A stretch of 23,706 nt of DNA from a virus (taxonomy: Duplodnaviria; Heunggongvirae; Uroviricota; Caudoviricetes): IMG/VR virus record IMGVR_UViG_2579779009_000002, one strand, 5' to 3'. The notes beneath the pieces were generated by a model. It had not been told where the DNA came from, searched no databases, and worked only from the letters and a program-made list of their open reading frames with translations. Numbering within the stretch: the first letter of the stretch is position 1; every line of letters starts with the position of its first letter. The translations under genes and the position numbers were made by a program. Shown here one piece after another: positions 1 through 8,561 of the stretch.

Positions 1-1044
1 TTAGCTGTTTGCTTCAAGGCTCGTTGCTTTAGTGGAAAGTGTGGCTAATGGATTGAAACGCAGTGCTGTTTCAAGGTGATCAGGGGCAAGATGTGCATAG
101 CGCATAGTCATTTTTATATCGTGGTGGCCCAGGATTTTTTGCAAAGCAAGAATGTTCCCGCCGGACATCATAAAATGTGCTGCGAACGTATGGCGTAGAA
201 CGTGGGTAAGTTGCCCGCGTGGTAGTACGATCGAGGTTCTATCCATCACGGCTAAAAACTGGAAGTAGCAGTCAGTAAATAATTTGAAGCCGTCTAGGGC
301 AACAATTTCCTCATACAGCTCTTTGCTGATCGGAATGCTGCGGTTTTTTTTGCCCTTAGTTCTGACAAATGTGATTCGGTATTTCGTGACCTGAGAACGT
401 GTCAGGTTCACAGCTTCGCGCCAACGTGCTCCGGTGCTCAAGCAGATTTTGACGACAAGAGCGAGCAGGGGGCTTTGGCGTTGACAGTCGAACAGAAGCT
501 CTGTGATTTGTTCATGTGTCAGCCAGGCCATTTCTTTTTCGGCAATGGTGAATTTACGCATGTTCTCCAGTGGATTTGGTGCTGTCCATTCACCGAGTCG
601 GGCTAACTCGCTAAAGACCCCACTCAGATAGCTTTGCTCCAGATTGATAGTTACCGGGCTGGCTCCTTTCTTCCATTTTTCGCTGAAGTAGATTTCACCC
701 GTCAGGCGCTTATCGCGATAGTGCGCGAACATTTTGGATGTTAGATCGGTGGCGAGGGGATTTCCGAGAGCATCGACCATCAGTATCAACTTGTCGTAAA
801 CATGCTCGCCAGCGGTCAGGGATTTGCCGTGCAGTTTGAACCAGAGTTCAACGATATCCTGTAGAGTTCGACGGTCTACCGATTCACCAAGCCAAGGCTT
901 AGCTTCTGCCTCCTCCATCGTGTGACGCTCAAAAGCTAATGCTTCGCCTTTGGTAGCGAACTGTTTACGCACGCGACGCCCGCTGCGTCCGGCGGGGTAA
1001 CATTCGCAAAGCCATTTCCCTGTGGTTAGTTTTCGTACTGCCAT
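1..1044 (-). CDS. int: Tyrosine integrase (P2/186-type site-specific recombinase)
   Basis: ORF-track 399-aa frame; I place the start at the internal ATG (1042-1044) preceded by GGAGGG, giving about 347 aa beginning MAVRKLTTGKW. C-terminus has the tyrosine-recombinase catalytic region (LRHTFAAHFMMSGG...HHDIKMTMRYAHL). Stop codon at 1-3, so attL would lie at or beyond the window edge. Confidence 0.9.
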   Translation of the reverse strand: MAVRKLTTGKWLCECYPAGRSGRRVRKQFATKGEALAFERHTMEEAEAKPWLGESVDRRTLQDIVELWFKLHGKSLTAGEHVYDKLILMVDALGNPLATDLTSKMFAHYRDKRLTGEIYFSEKWKKGASPVTINLEQSYLSGVFSELARLGEWTAPNPLENMRKFTIAEKEMAWLTHEQITELLFDCQRQSPLLALVVKICLSTGARWREAVNLTRSQVTKYRITFVRTKGKKNRSIPISKELYEEIVALDGFKLFTDCYFQFLAVMDRTSIVLPRGQLTHVLRHTFAAHFMMSGGNILALQKILGHHDIKMTMRYAHLAPDHLETALRFNPLATLSTKATSLEANS

Positions 1045-1232
1045 AAAAAATGCCCTCCAGTAGAGAGCATTTTCACTGTATGTATAACCAGTGTCAATGT
1101 ATGAAATCCTACGACCATACATCTCACTGAAGCCATAATTAAGTTGGCTATTCTTTTTGCTATGTGAGCATGTAATTTTTGCGGTTAACCTGCGGCTCAT
1201 TTTTATTTTAGGCGCAGATATAAAAGCAAAAG

Positions 1233-1424
1233 TTATCGTGAGTTTTTAGTACAGATTTTTTTGGATTTACTAATAGTTCCATCATTGCAAACAAATTTGC
1301 CATCTGAGGTACAGTGAGAAACACCTCCCTTTTTCCCTGAACAGGGATAATTTCTAGCATAGGTAGTTAGTGGGTTTAATAACAAAGAACATGACAAAAC
1401 CACAAAAAATACCTTACCAAGCAT
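1233..1424 (-). CDS. Small secreted Cys-rich peptide (about 63 aa; signal peptide plus about 40-aa mature part with 4 Cys), unknown function
   Basis: ATG at 1422-1424 preceded by GGGAGG (6-nt spacer) on the minus strand; N-terminus [23 protein letters not shown] looks like a Sec signal peptide; mature part [40 protein letters not shown]. Lies just downstream of the repressor gene and upstream of int. Confidence 0.45.
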   Translation of the reverse strand: MLGKVFFVVLSCSLLLNPLTTYARNYPCSGKKGGVSHCTSDGKFVCNDGTISKSKKICTKNSR

Positions 1425-1440
1425 AGTTTTCCTCCCGGTA

Positions 1441-2097
1441 CTATTTAACATACTTGACTGTTAAACTTATAATTTTACCAATTATTTCAATGTCTTCTAT
1501 CTTGCATTCGAAGGCTCTGTTTCCACCCTCGACGAAGATTCTTCCACCGGGTAAACGAGTAATGTCACGGATCGTTATTTCGCCATCAATACTTATTACC
1601 CATTTACCATCACGTATATCATCAAATTCCTTATCACAAATAAATTCAGAATTATTATCTGTGATTGCAAAAAGATTCTTGAATGCCGACGGTAGAAATT
1701 CCCTATCGAAAATATAAAAACCGTCTTCACACAAGGCCCCATCAGATAATACATATTTAGCAACTTCCATAGTATTTGTATTTGCTGATGCTTGCTTTGA
1801 ACCATGCCCTGTTGTTAGCCAATTAAGCGAGGTGCCCGTTTCAAGGGCGCACTGGATTACCCAATCTGCTGGAAAAATATCACGCATATAGCGCGTTGCC
1901 ATGGTGCTCTTAGAAACACCTAAATGATCACAGAGAGCCTGACGGGTACCGAACCCATATGCTTCAACTAAACGTTCTATGGCTTTCTTACCGCCGCTAT
2001 TGAAATCCACAAGTCCTCCAAAGAAATCCAAAATTCGTTGACAGATTCCAAAAGCGATCTTAAAGTTGAACCAGAAGTGTTCTTTTGGAGCCTTCAC
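1441..2097 (-). CDS. cI: CI-like immunity repressor (HTH N-terminal domain plus C-terminal domain)
   Basis: 218-aa ORF; HTH-like segment [33 protein letters not shown] followed by [17 protein letters not shown], which resembles 186-type CI repressors (from memory). Divergent from the apl-like gene. The codon at 2095-2097 is GTG with no obvious SD, so the true start is uncertain. Region is AT-rich. Confidence 0.7.
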   Translation of the reverse strand: MKAPKEHFWFNFKIAFGICQRILDFFGGLVDFNSGGKKAIERLVEAYGFGTRQALCDHLGVSKSTMATRYMRDIFPADWVIQCALETGTSLNWLTTGHGSKQASANTNTMEVAKYVLSDGALCEDGFYIFDREFLPSAFKNLFAITDNNSEFICDKEFDDIRDGKWVISIDGEITIRDITRLPGGRIFVEGGNRAFECKIEDIEIIGKIISLTVKYVK

Positions 2098-2155
2098 TAC
2101 TAATCACGATAAACAACGGCTCGCCACAAGCCATATCTAGAAGGAATGTTGCCTT
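2098..2155. promoter_or_regulatory. Lysis-lysogeny switch region between repressor and Apl/Cox-like gene (expected to hold early promoter and operators)
   Basis: Short intergenic gap between divergently oriented cI-like and apl/cox-like genes; no individual promoter or operator boxes were resolved by eye. In 186 the pR/pL promoters are face-to-face, so pL may lie inside the apl-like ORF. Confidence 0.35.
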
Positions 2156-2359
2156 ATGACACCTAACATTTCAATTACTCTGAATACACCACATGTCACA
2201 ATCGAACGTTATAGCGAACTGACTGGCCTTTCTATTGATACGATTAACGACATGTTGGCTGATGGCCGACTACCTCGTCATCGTCTTCGTAAAGACAAAA
2301 AACGTGAAAAGGTAATGATTAACCTGGCTGCTCTGACTGTTGATGCTTTGTCTGCTTAA
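2156..2359 (+). CDS. Apl/Cox-like small HTH DNA-binding protein (excisionase / lytic-switch regulator)
   Basis: 67-aa ORF, ATG at 2156 with AAGGAA upstream; HTH-like [25 protein letters not shown]; first gene of the rightward early operon opposite the repressor. Confidence 0.6.
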   Translation: MTPNISITLNTPHVTIERYSELTGLSIDTINDMLADGRLPRHRLRKDKKREKVMINLAALTVDALSA

Positions 2360-2423
2360 TAGACGTCTATTTTCGCAATAAGACGCTGAGTTCGATTTTG
2401 CGATAAGTTCGGAGTTGAAAACC

Positions 2424-2933
2424 ATGTTTGATTACCAAGTTTCCAAACATCCACATTTTGATGAAGCCTGTCGTGCATTCGCACTGCGCCACAATCTGGT
2501 GCAACTGGCAGAACGTGCAGGCATGAATGTGCAGATTCTGCGGAACAAACTGAACCCAGCTCAACCTCATTTATTAACCGCACCAGAAATTTGGTTGCTT
2601 ACCGATCTGACTGAAGATTCAACGCTGGTAGATGGTTTTCTGGCACAGATTCACTGCCTGCCATGTGTACCGATTAATGAGGTAGCAAAAGAGAAACTGC
2701 CGCATTACGTCATGAGTGCAACTGCAGAGATAGGACGTGTCGCGGCAGGTGCGGTTTGTGGCGATGTAAAAACCAGTGCAGGCCGTCGTGATGCGATCAG
2801 CAGCATTAACTCTGTTACACGACTGATGGCGCTGGCTGCTGTTTCATTGCAGGCCCGTTTACAGGCTAATCCTGCGATGGCGAGTGCAGTTGATACCATG
2901 ACTGGTCTTGGTGCTTCATTCGGTTTGCTGTGA
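2424..2933 (+). CDS. cII: CII-like lysogeny-establishment transcriptional activator (phage 186 CII family)
   Basis: Translation [25 protein letters not shown]...[25 protein letters not shown] closely resembles 186 CII as I recall it; I place the start at ATG 2424 (GGAG at 2411-2414) rather than the TTG at 2415 used by the ORF track. Confidence 0.8.
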   Translation: MFDYQVSKHPHFDEACRAFALRHNLVQLAERAGMNVQILRNKLNPAQPHLLTAPEIWLLTDLTEDSTLVDGFLAQIHCLPCVPINEVAKEKLPHYVMSATAEIGRVAAGAVCGDVKTSAGRRDAISSINSVTRLMALAAVSLQARLQANPAMASAVDTMTGLGASFGLL

Positions 2934-2940
2934 GGTGCTT

Positions 2941-3237
2941 ATGCTTACGAAAGAACCATCATTTGCATCGCTGCTGGTAAAACAAAGTCCGGCAATGCAC
3001 TACGGTCACGGCTGGATCACGGGTGAGGATGGAAAACGCTGGCATCCATGTCATTCACAAGATGAATTGCTGTCTGAATTGACCACGAGGAAACGGAGAA
3101 AGTCCAAATGTATGCGGCAGAAAGTGAAGTGGTTTATCAGTTTCGTTACAGAGGGGAGAGTTATTCAGTACCTGAAGATGATTTGCTCTGTTGCTATCCG
3201 TCATTGTCGGGCGATGGCAGTTACTTTTTCACGTTAA
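2941..3237 (+). CDS. Hypothetical early protein (about 98 aa); C-terminal third may be non-coding read-through
   Basis: ATG at 2941 preceded by GAGGTG (2932-2937); N-terminal about 60 aa looks protein-like, but the last about 40 aa overlap the next ORF in another frame. Confidence 0.4.
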   Translation: MLTKEPSFASLLVKQSPAMHYGHGWITGEDGKRWHPCHSQDELLSELTTRKRRKSKCMRQKVKWFISFVTEGRVIQYLKMICSVAIRHCRAMAVTFSR

Positions 3238-3332
3238 AGGATGGGACGTTTTTACGGGGAGAGCAGGTTAAAGAGACGATACGAAAAAATGTATCTCCTC
3301 TTGAGCGTTACCGTAAGAACAAAGAACGATAG
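3108..3332 (+). CDS. Hypothetical early protein (74 aa)
   Basis: ATG at 3108 preceded by GGAGA (3094-3098); overlaps the previous ORF by about 130 nt in a different frame. Confidence 0.45.
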   Translation: MYAAESEVVYQFRYRGESYSVPEDDLLCCYPSLSGDGSYFFTLKDGTFLRGEQVKETIRKNVSPLERYRKNKER

Positions 3333-3354
3333 CTGCGTTTGGGGGATATGAAGT

Positions 3355-3696
3355 ATGGCAATTAATGGCGCTGCAGCAACTGTTCCATTAAGCCCCGGTG
3401 AACGCCTGAATGGACTTAATCACATTGCGGAGTTAAGGGCGAAAGTTTTTGGCCTGAATATTGAGTCAGAGCTTGAGCGGTTTATTAAAGATATGCGTGA
3501 TCCACGGGATATCAATAATGAACAAAATAAACGGGCACTGGCTGCCATATTCTTTATGGCAAAAATTCCAGCTGAACGTCATAGCATCAGCATTAATGAG
3601 CTGACCACTGACGAAAAGCGGGAGCTGATTAAAGCAATGAATCATTTTCGTGCAGTGGTGAGCTTATTTCCCAGACGGCTAACCATGCCGAATTAA
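3355..3696 (+). CDS. Hypothetical early protein (113 aa)
   Basis: ATG at 3355 with GGGGGA 8 nt upstream; no recognisable motif. Confidence 0.6.
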   Translation: MAINGAAATVPLSPGERLNGLNHIAELRAKVFGLNIESELERFIKDMRDPRDINNEQNKRALAAIFFMAKIPAERHSISINELTTDEKRELIKAMNHFRAVVSLFPRRLTMPN

Positions 3697-3763
3697 CCAA
3701 CTAATGAAATTAATGGCGTAAACCCGCCGGGCATCCCTTTATCTAAATTCAGGAGAATTGATT

Positions 3764-3997
3764 ATGCGTAATATTGAAACCCTCACGACTAAAACCGGAC
3801 CGGATGACGCAGGGCTTAATATCTTACTGACAGAGGCTCGTCTGGAAGAACGCCGGGCAAGGGCAGAAGCAATGGCAGCTCGCCTTGATAGCCTGGCGTG
3901 TCATATCACATCCCGCCAGCTAAACCACGTCGAAGCGGCAGAACTACTGCGTGTAACTGCTGAAGCAATCCAGAACGAAGCGCAGGAGATCCACTAA
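3764..3997 (+). CDS. Hypothetical early protein (about 77 aa)
   Basis: ATG at 3764 preceded by AGGAG (3751-3755); its stop overlaps the next start (TAATG), suggesting translational coupling. Confidence 0.55.
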   Translation: MRNIETLTTKTGPDDAGLNILLTEARLEERRARAEAMAARLDSLACHITSRQLNHVEAAELLRVTAEAIQNEAQEIH

Positions 3998-4224
3998 TGG
4001 CTGATGCAATGGATCTCGTACAGCAGCGCGTTGAAGAAGAACGCCAGCGCCATATTCGTGCTGCCCGTGCCAAAACACCGGGCGTGTCTCGCGTGCTTTG
4101 TATTGAATGTGAAGCGCCAATTCCGCCAGCACGACGCCGCGCCATTCCGGGAGTGCAGCTTTGCATTACCTGCCAGGAAATCGCAGAGCTGAAAGGCAAA
4201 CATTACAACGGAGGTGCTGTATGA
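3997..4224 (+). CDS. TraR/DksA-family C4 zinc-finger protein
   Basis: 75 aa with CIEC...(17 aa)...CITC four-cysteine motif typical of phage/plasmid TraR/DksA-like proteins; stop overlaps the dam start (ATGA). Confidence 0.7.
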   Translation: MADAMDLVQQRVEEERQRHIRAARAKTPGVSRVLCIECEAPIPPARRRAIPGVQLCITCQEIAELKGKHYNGGAV

Positions 4225-5078
4225 GCACCATCCTGAAATGGGCGGGAAATAAAACCGCCATTATGTCCGAACTGAAAAAACACCTTCCTGCTGGCCCGCG
4301 ACTGGTTGAACCTTTCGCGGGTTCCTGTGCTGTGATGATGGAGACGGATTACCCCAGCTATCTGGTTGCGGATATTAATCCTGATTTAATCAACCTCTAT
4401 AAAAAGGTTGCCGCTGATTGCGAGGCGTTTATATCTCGTGCCAGAGCTTTATTTGAGGAAGCAAACAGGGAGGTGGCTTATTACAACATAAGGCAGGAGT
4501 TTAATTACTCCACTGAAATTACTGATTTCATGAAAGCGGTATATTTCCTGTATCTCAATCGTCATGGTTACCGTGGGTTATGTCGCTATAACAAGAGCGG
4601 GCATTTCAACATTCCCTATGGGAATTATAAAAATCCGTATTTCCCTGAAAAAGAAATTCGCAAATTTGCAGAAAAAGCCCAGCGAGCAACGTTTATCTGC
4701 GCCAGCTTTGATGAAACGCTGGCGATGTTGAAGGCGGGGGATGTGGTGTATTGCGATCCGCCTTATTACGGTACGTTTTCCGGCTATCACACTGATGGCT
4801 TCACTGAGGATGACCAGTATCACCTGGCATCCGTTCTTGAACATCGATCATCTGAAGGTCATCCGGTCATTGTTTCTAACAGTGACACATCCCTGATTCG
4901 TTCGCTGTATCGCAATTTCACTCACCACTACATCAAGGCAAAACGCAGCATCGGCGTGTCGGCTGGCGAGAGTAAATCTGCAACAGAAATCATTGCTGTT
5001 TCCGGGGCGCGCTGCTGGGTGGGATTTGATCCTTCGCGTGGCGTAGATAGTTCTGCTGTGTACGAGGTGCGTGTATGA
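4221..5078 (+). CDS. dam: DNA N6-adenine methyltransferase (Dam-like)
   Basis: ATG at 4221 after GGAGG; N-terminal ILKWAGNK...PFAGSCAV (AdoMet binding) and the catalytic DPPY motif ([12 protein letters not shown]); stop overlaps the replication gene start. Confidence 0.85.
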   Translation: MSTILKWAGNKTAIMSELKKHLPAGPRLVEPFAGSCAVMMETDYPSYLVADINPDLINLYKKVAADCEAFISRARALFEEANREVAYYNIRQEFNYSTEITDFMKAVYFLYLNRHGYRGLCRYNKSGHFNIPYGNYKNPYFPEKEIRKFAEKAQRATFICASFDETLAMLKAGDVVYCDPPYYGTFSGYHTDGFTEDDQYHLASVLEHRSSEGHPVIVSNSDTSLIRSLYRNFTHHYIKAKRSIGVSAGESKSATEIIAVSGARCWVGFDPSRGVDSSAVYEVRV

Positions 5079-7489
5079 GTCATGACGATATGAGCAACTC
5101 TAGCGGCTTTAACGAGGCCGCCGCATCATTTTCATGGAACGGCCCGAAAAAGGCCATTAACCCTTATCTGGACCCGGCGGAAGTTGCGCCGGAGTCTGCA
5201 CTTTCAAACCTGATCACTCTGTATGCTGCCGATAACGAGCAGGAACAACTGCGCCGCGAGGCACTGAGTGAGCAGGTCTGGGAGCGTTATTTCTTTAATG
5301 AATCCCGTGATCCTGTCCAGCGCGAAATGGAGCAGGATAAGCTCATTAGCCGGGCAAAGCTGGCGCATGAGCAGCAGCGTTTTAATCCAGACATGGTCAT
5401 TCTGGCTGACGTCAACGCCCAGCCTTCCCATATCAGCAAGCCGCTGATGCAACGTATTGAATACTTCAGCAGCCTGGGCAGGCCAAAGGCTTATTCCCGC
5501 TATTTGCGTGAGACGATTAAGCCATGTCTGGAACGGCTGGAGCATGTACGCGACAGTCAGCTATCCACTTCTTTTCGCTTTATGGCGAGCCATGAAGGGC
5601 TGGACGGCCTGCTGATCCTGCCTGAAATGAGTCAGGATCAGGTGAAACGCCTGTCCACCCTGGTAGCTGCGCATATGAGCATGTGCCTTGATGCAGCTTG
5701 TGGCGATTTGTATGCCACCGATGACGTTAAGCCAGAAGAAATCCGCAAGACATGGGAAAGGGTGGCAGCAGAAACCCTGCGACTGGATGTCATCCCACCT
5801 GCGTTTGAGCAACTCCGCCGGAAAAGAAACCGCCGTAAACCCGTGCCCTATGAACTCATTCCGGGTTCGCTGGCGCGTATGTTGTGCGCCGACTGGTGGT
5901 ACCGGAAATTATGGAAGATGCGTTGCGAATGGCGGGAAGAGCAGTTGCGCGCTGTCTGCCTGGTCAGCAAAAAAGCATCTCCCTATGTCAGCTATGAAGC
6001 CGTGATGCATAAACGTGAGCAGCGCCGTAAGTCGCTGGAGTTTTTTCGTTCTCATGAACTGGTGAACGAAGACGGCGACACGCTGGATATGGAAGACGTG
6101 GTAAACGCCAGCAGCAGCAACCCTGCACATCGCCGCAATGAGATGATGGCCTGTGTTAAAGGTCTGGAGCTTATCGCGGAAATGCGCGGTGACTGCGCCG
6201 TTTTCTACACCATCACCTGTCCGTCACGTTTCCATTCCACGCTCAATAACGGCAGACCAAACCCAACCTGGACAAATGCGACGGTAAGACAAAGCAGCGA
6301 TTATCTGGTCGGCATGTTTGCTGCATTTCGTAAGGCGATGCACAAAGCCGGGTTGCGCTGGTATGGCGTGCGGGTGGCTGAGCCGCATCATGACGGTACG
6401 GTTCACTGGCACCTGTTGTGTTTCATGCGCAAAAAAGAGCGCCGTGCCATTACAGCATTGTTGTGTAAGTTTGCCATCCGTGAAGACCGCGAGGAACTGG
6501 GTAATAACACTGGTCCACGCTTTAAATCTGAGCTGATAAACCCGCGCAAAGGAACACCGACAAGCTACATCGCGAAATACATTAGTAAGAACATTGACGG
6601 GCGTGGTCTGGCTGGCGAGATCAGCAAGGAAACGGGTAAATCCCTGCGTGATAACGCTGAATACGTTAATGCCTGGGCGTCTCTGCATCGTGTTCAGCAA
6701 TTCCGCTTCTTTGGTATTCCGGGGCGTCAGGCTTACCGTGAACTGCGATTGCTGGCTGGTCAGGCGGCAAGGCAACAGGGCGACAAAAAAGCAGGTGCGC
6801 CGGTACTGGATAACCCGCGCCTTGATGCCATCCTGGCTGCTGCTGATGCTGGTTGTTTTGCCACTTACATCATGAAGCAGGGTGGCGTACTGGTTCCCCG
6901 CAAATATCACCTCATCAGAACTGCTTATGAAATTAACGAAGAGCCGACCGCCTATGGCGATCACGGCATTCGTATTTATGGCATCTGGTCACCCATTGCA
7001 GAGGGCAAGATCTGCACTCATGTAGTGAAGTGGAAAATGGTTCGTAAAGCCGTTGACGTTCAGGAGGCGGTAGCCGACCAGGGCGCTTGCGCCCCTTGGA
7101 CTCGTGGCAATAACTGTCCCCTTGCTGAAAATTTGTACCAACAAGGGAAAGACAAATCAGCTGATGGAGATACCAGAACGGATATCACCCGTATGGATGA
7201 CAAGGAGTTGCACGATTACCTGCACAGTATGAGCAAAAAAGAGCGCCGGGAACTGGCAGCAAGGTTACGCCTGGTGAAACCGAAACGGCGTAAAGACTAC
7301 AAACAGCGAATTACAGACCATCAACGACAGCAGCTCGTCTATGAACTGAAGTCCAGAGGATTTGATGGCAGCGAGAAAGAGGTCGATTTACTCCTTCGCG
7401 GCGGCAGCATTCCGTCAGGAGCAGGCCTGCGTATCTTCTATCGGAACCAGCGTTTGCAGGAAGATGATAAGTGGCGGAACCTGTATTAA
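5075..7489 (+). CDS. A: Rolling-circle replication initiation protein (P2 gpA / 186 RepA family, HUH endonuclease)
   Basis: 804 aa; HUH-type motif [16 protein letters not shown] and active-site tyrosine region [13 protein letters not shown]. In P2 the origin lies inside this gene (established knowledge, not located here). Confidence 0.9.
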   Translation: MSHDDMSNSSGFNEAAASFSWNGPKKAINPYLDPAEVAPESALSNLITLYAADNEQEQLRREALSEQVWERYFFNESRDPVQREMEQDKLISRAKLAHEQQRFNPDMVILADVNAQPSHISKPLMQRIEYFSSLGRPKAYSRYLRETIKPCLERLEHVRDSQLSTSFRFMASHEGLDGLLILPEMSQDQVKRLSTLVAAHMSMCLDAACGDLYATDDVKPEEIRKTWERVAAETLRLDVIPPAFEQLRRKRNRRKPVPYELIPGSLARMLCADWWYRKLWKMRCEWREEQLRAVCLVSKKASPYVSYEAVMHKREQRRKSLEFFRSHELVNEDGDTLDMEDVVNASSSNPAHRRNEMMACVKGLELIAEMRGDCAVFYTITCPSRFHSTLNNGRPNPTWTNATVRQSSDYLVGMFAAFRKAMHKAGLRWYGVRVAEPHHDGTVHWHLLCFMRKKERRAITALLCKFAIREDREELGNNTGPRFKSELINPRKGTPTSYIAKYISKNIDGRGLAGEISKETGKSLRDNAEYVNAWASLHRVQQFRFFGIPGRQAYRELRLLAGQAARQQGDKKAGAPVLDNPRLDAILAAADAGCFATYIMKQGGVLVPRKYHLIRTAYEINEEPTAYGDHGIRIYGIWSPIAEGKICTHVVKWKMVRKAVDVQEAVADQGACAPWTRGNNCPLAENLYQQGKDKSADGDTRTDITRMDDKELHDYLHSMSKKERRELAARLRLVKPKRRKDYKQRITDHQRQQLVYELKSRGFDGSEKEVDLLLRGGSIPSGAGLRIFYRNQRLQEDDKWRNLY

Positions 7490-7558
7490 TTACGCGGATT
7501 AACAATTCGTGCTCTTAATAATACCAGGCATATCAGGCTGATGAACGTAAAAAAACGT

Positions 7559-7601
7559 TTTACATCAGTAAGATTATTATATACTGTAAATATAAACAGT
7601 G
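7559..7601 (+). promoter_or_regulatory. SOS-regulated promoter: -35 TTTACA, -10 TATACT, overlapping LexA box TACTGTAAATATAAACAGTG (7582-7601)
   Basis: CTGT-N8-ACAG with AT-rich centre matches the LexA operator consensus (TACTGTATATATATACAGTA); lies about 45 nt upstream of the antirepressor-like ORF, as for the 186 tum promoter. Confidence 0.7.
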
Positions 7602-7642
7602 GTTATGCATACAGCATTGCTTGTGGTGTTATAGGAGGAAAG

Positions 7643-7831
7643 ATGCAGGACTATTTTTTGGAGTCTTTGAAGCTCCAGCGCATTGATTTTTTTCTTAAGC
7701 TTGTAGCGGCTAGTGAGTGTAGTGATGAAGAGAAGGGGCTGGCTCTGCAGTGGGTTTCTGAATTGACTGATGAACTCATGGCAAAAATCAGAACCCACGA
7801 ATACAACCGCTCAATGGATGTCATCAGCTGA
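7643..7831 (+). CDS. Small protein in the LexA-controlled operon; candidate Tum-like antirepressor
   Basis: ATG at 7643 preceded by AGGAGG (7633-7638); 62 aa. Function inferred only from position downstream of the LexA box and next to a DinI-like gene. Confidence 0.5.
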   Translation: MQDYFLESLKLQRIDFFLKLVAASECSDEEKGLALQWVSELTDELMAKIRTHEYNRSMDVIS

Positions 7832-7841
7832 GGTGACTTTT

Positions 7842-8075
7842 ATGCGCATTGAAATAATGATCGATAAAGAGCAGAAGATTAGCCAGTCTACACTGGACGC
7901 CCTTGAATCCGAGCTTTACCGCAATCTGCGCCCCCTGTATCCCAAAACGGTAATTCGTATCCGCAAAGGTAGCTCTAACGGTGTGGAACTGACCGGACTG
8001 CAACAGGACGAAGAAAGAAAACAAGTGATGAAAATTATGCAGAAGGTGTGGGAAGACGACAGCTGGCTGCATTAA
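7842..8075 (+). CDS. DinI-like protein (SOS-regulated RecA modulator family)
   Basis: 77 aa beginning MRIEIMIDKEQ and ending KVWEDDSWLH, collinear with E. coli DinI (MRIEV...ETWESADDWF) as I recall it; GAGGTG 6 nt upstream of the ATG. Confidence 0.75.
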   Translation: MRIEIMIDKEQKISQSTLDALESELYRNLRPLYPKTVIRIRKGSSNGVELTGLQQDEERKQVMKIMQKVWEDDSWLH

Positions 8076-8345
8076 GAAACGTTGCTGGCGTCTGAACTTG
8101 CTTCTGGCGTCAGCAAGGTTGAACAACGAGCTATGCGAGGCGTTAGTGTCAATTTGTTACCTTAACCACTATATATGCCAGGAAATTAACAGTTCTTAAG
8201 AAACCGCTTGCATGATCGAGCGCATTGAACTTAAGTTTAAGTAACGAAATCAACAGATGATATTGTTGTCTAAATTTTAAAGATAATCTGTTGAGGTTGT
8301 AGGCGTCGGAGTGTAGACTTCCGCGCTATGTGAAAAGGGGGAGTT

Positions 8346-8561
8346 ATGTCAAGCATCGCCGCATTTAGCCTGGGTAACCCAGTTGAACGTCTGGCAAGGG
8401 TTCTTAAAGAGAACCAGGACAAACTCAATCTTAGTAAAGATGGTTTTGTGTCCGTAGACTTGTCTAACAAAAGAGCAATGGATGCCATCAAGGCACAGAT
8501 GGATAAGCTTGAAGGCATCAAAACGAGCACTGTAAAAGAGAAAACTAATAGAACCAGATAA
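8346..8561 (+). CDS. Hypothetical 71-aa hydrophilic protein, first gene of the accessory two-gene cassette
   Basis: ATG at 8346 preceded by AAGGGGGAG; stop overlaps the next gene's start (TAATG); AT-rich; no recognisable motif. Confidence 0.6.
   Translation: MSSIAAFSLGNPVERLARVLKENQDKLNLSKDGFVSVDLSNKRAMDAIKAQMDKLEGIKTSTVKEKTNRTR

Noticed and set aside
1-1200. Extended 399-aa integrase start at 1200
   Set aside because: The internal ATG at 1042-1044 has a strong GGAGGG SD and gives a typical integrase N-terminus; the upstream extension lacks an SD.
1454-1805. Small ORFs (87 aa plus strand, 69 aa minus strand) within the cI-like repressor gene
   Set aside because: Embedded in or antisense to the repressor coding region; AT-rich low-complexity translations.
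2356-2583. Two 67-75-aa minus-strand ORFs overlapping the start of the cII-like gene
   Set aside because: Antisense to a well-supported CII-like gene and no SD. A leftward transcript may still exist here (a 186-type face-to-face pL would read through this region), but no protein is likely.
6224-6964. 246-aa minus-strand ORF inside the replication gene A
   Set aside because: Lies entirely antisense to a well-supported 804-aa gene with HUH motifs; low-complexity translation; no SD. Treated as a shadow ORF.
8082-8116. Hairpin-like element with a CTGGCGTC direct repeat after the DinI-like gene, considered as a terminator
   Set aside because: The stem is imperfect (needs G-U pairs) and no U-tract follows, so it is not a convincing intrinsic terminator.
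8150-8320. Specific sigma70 promoter boxes for the two-gene cassette (for example TTGAGG ... TAGACT near 8291-8319)
   Set aside because: Several weak hexamer combinations are possible and none is compelling by eye; the region is left as a putative promoter only.
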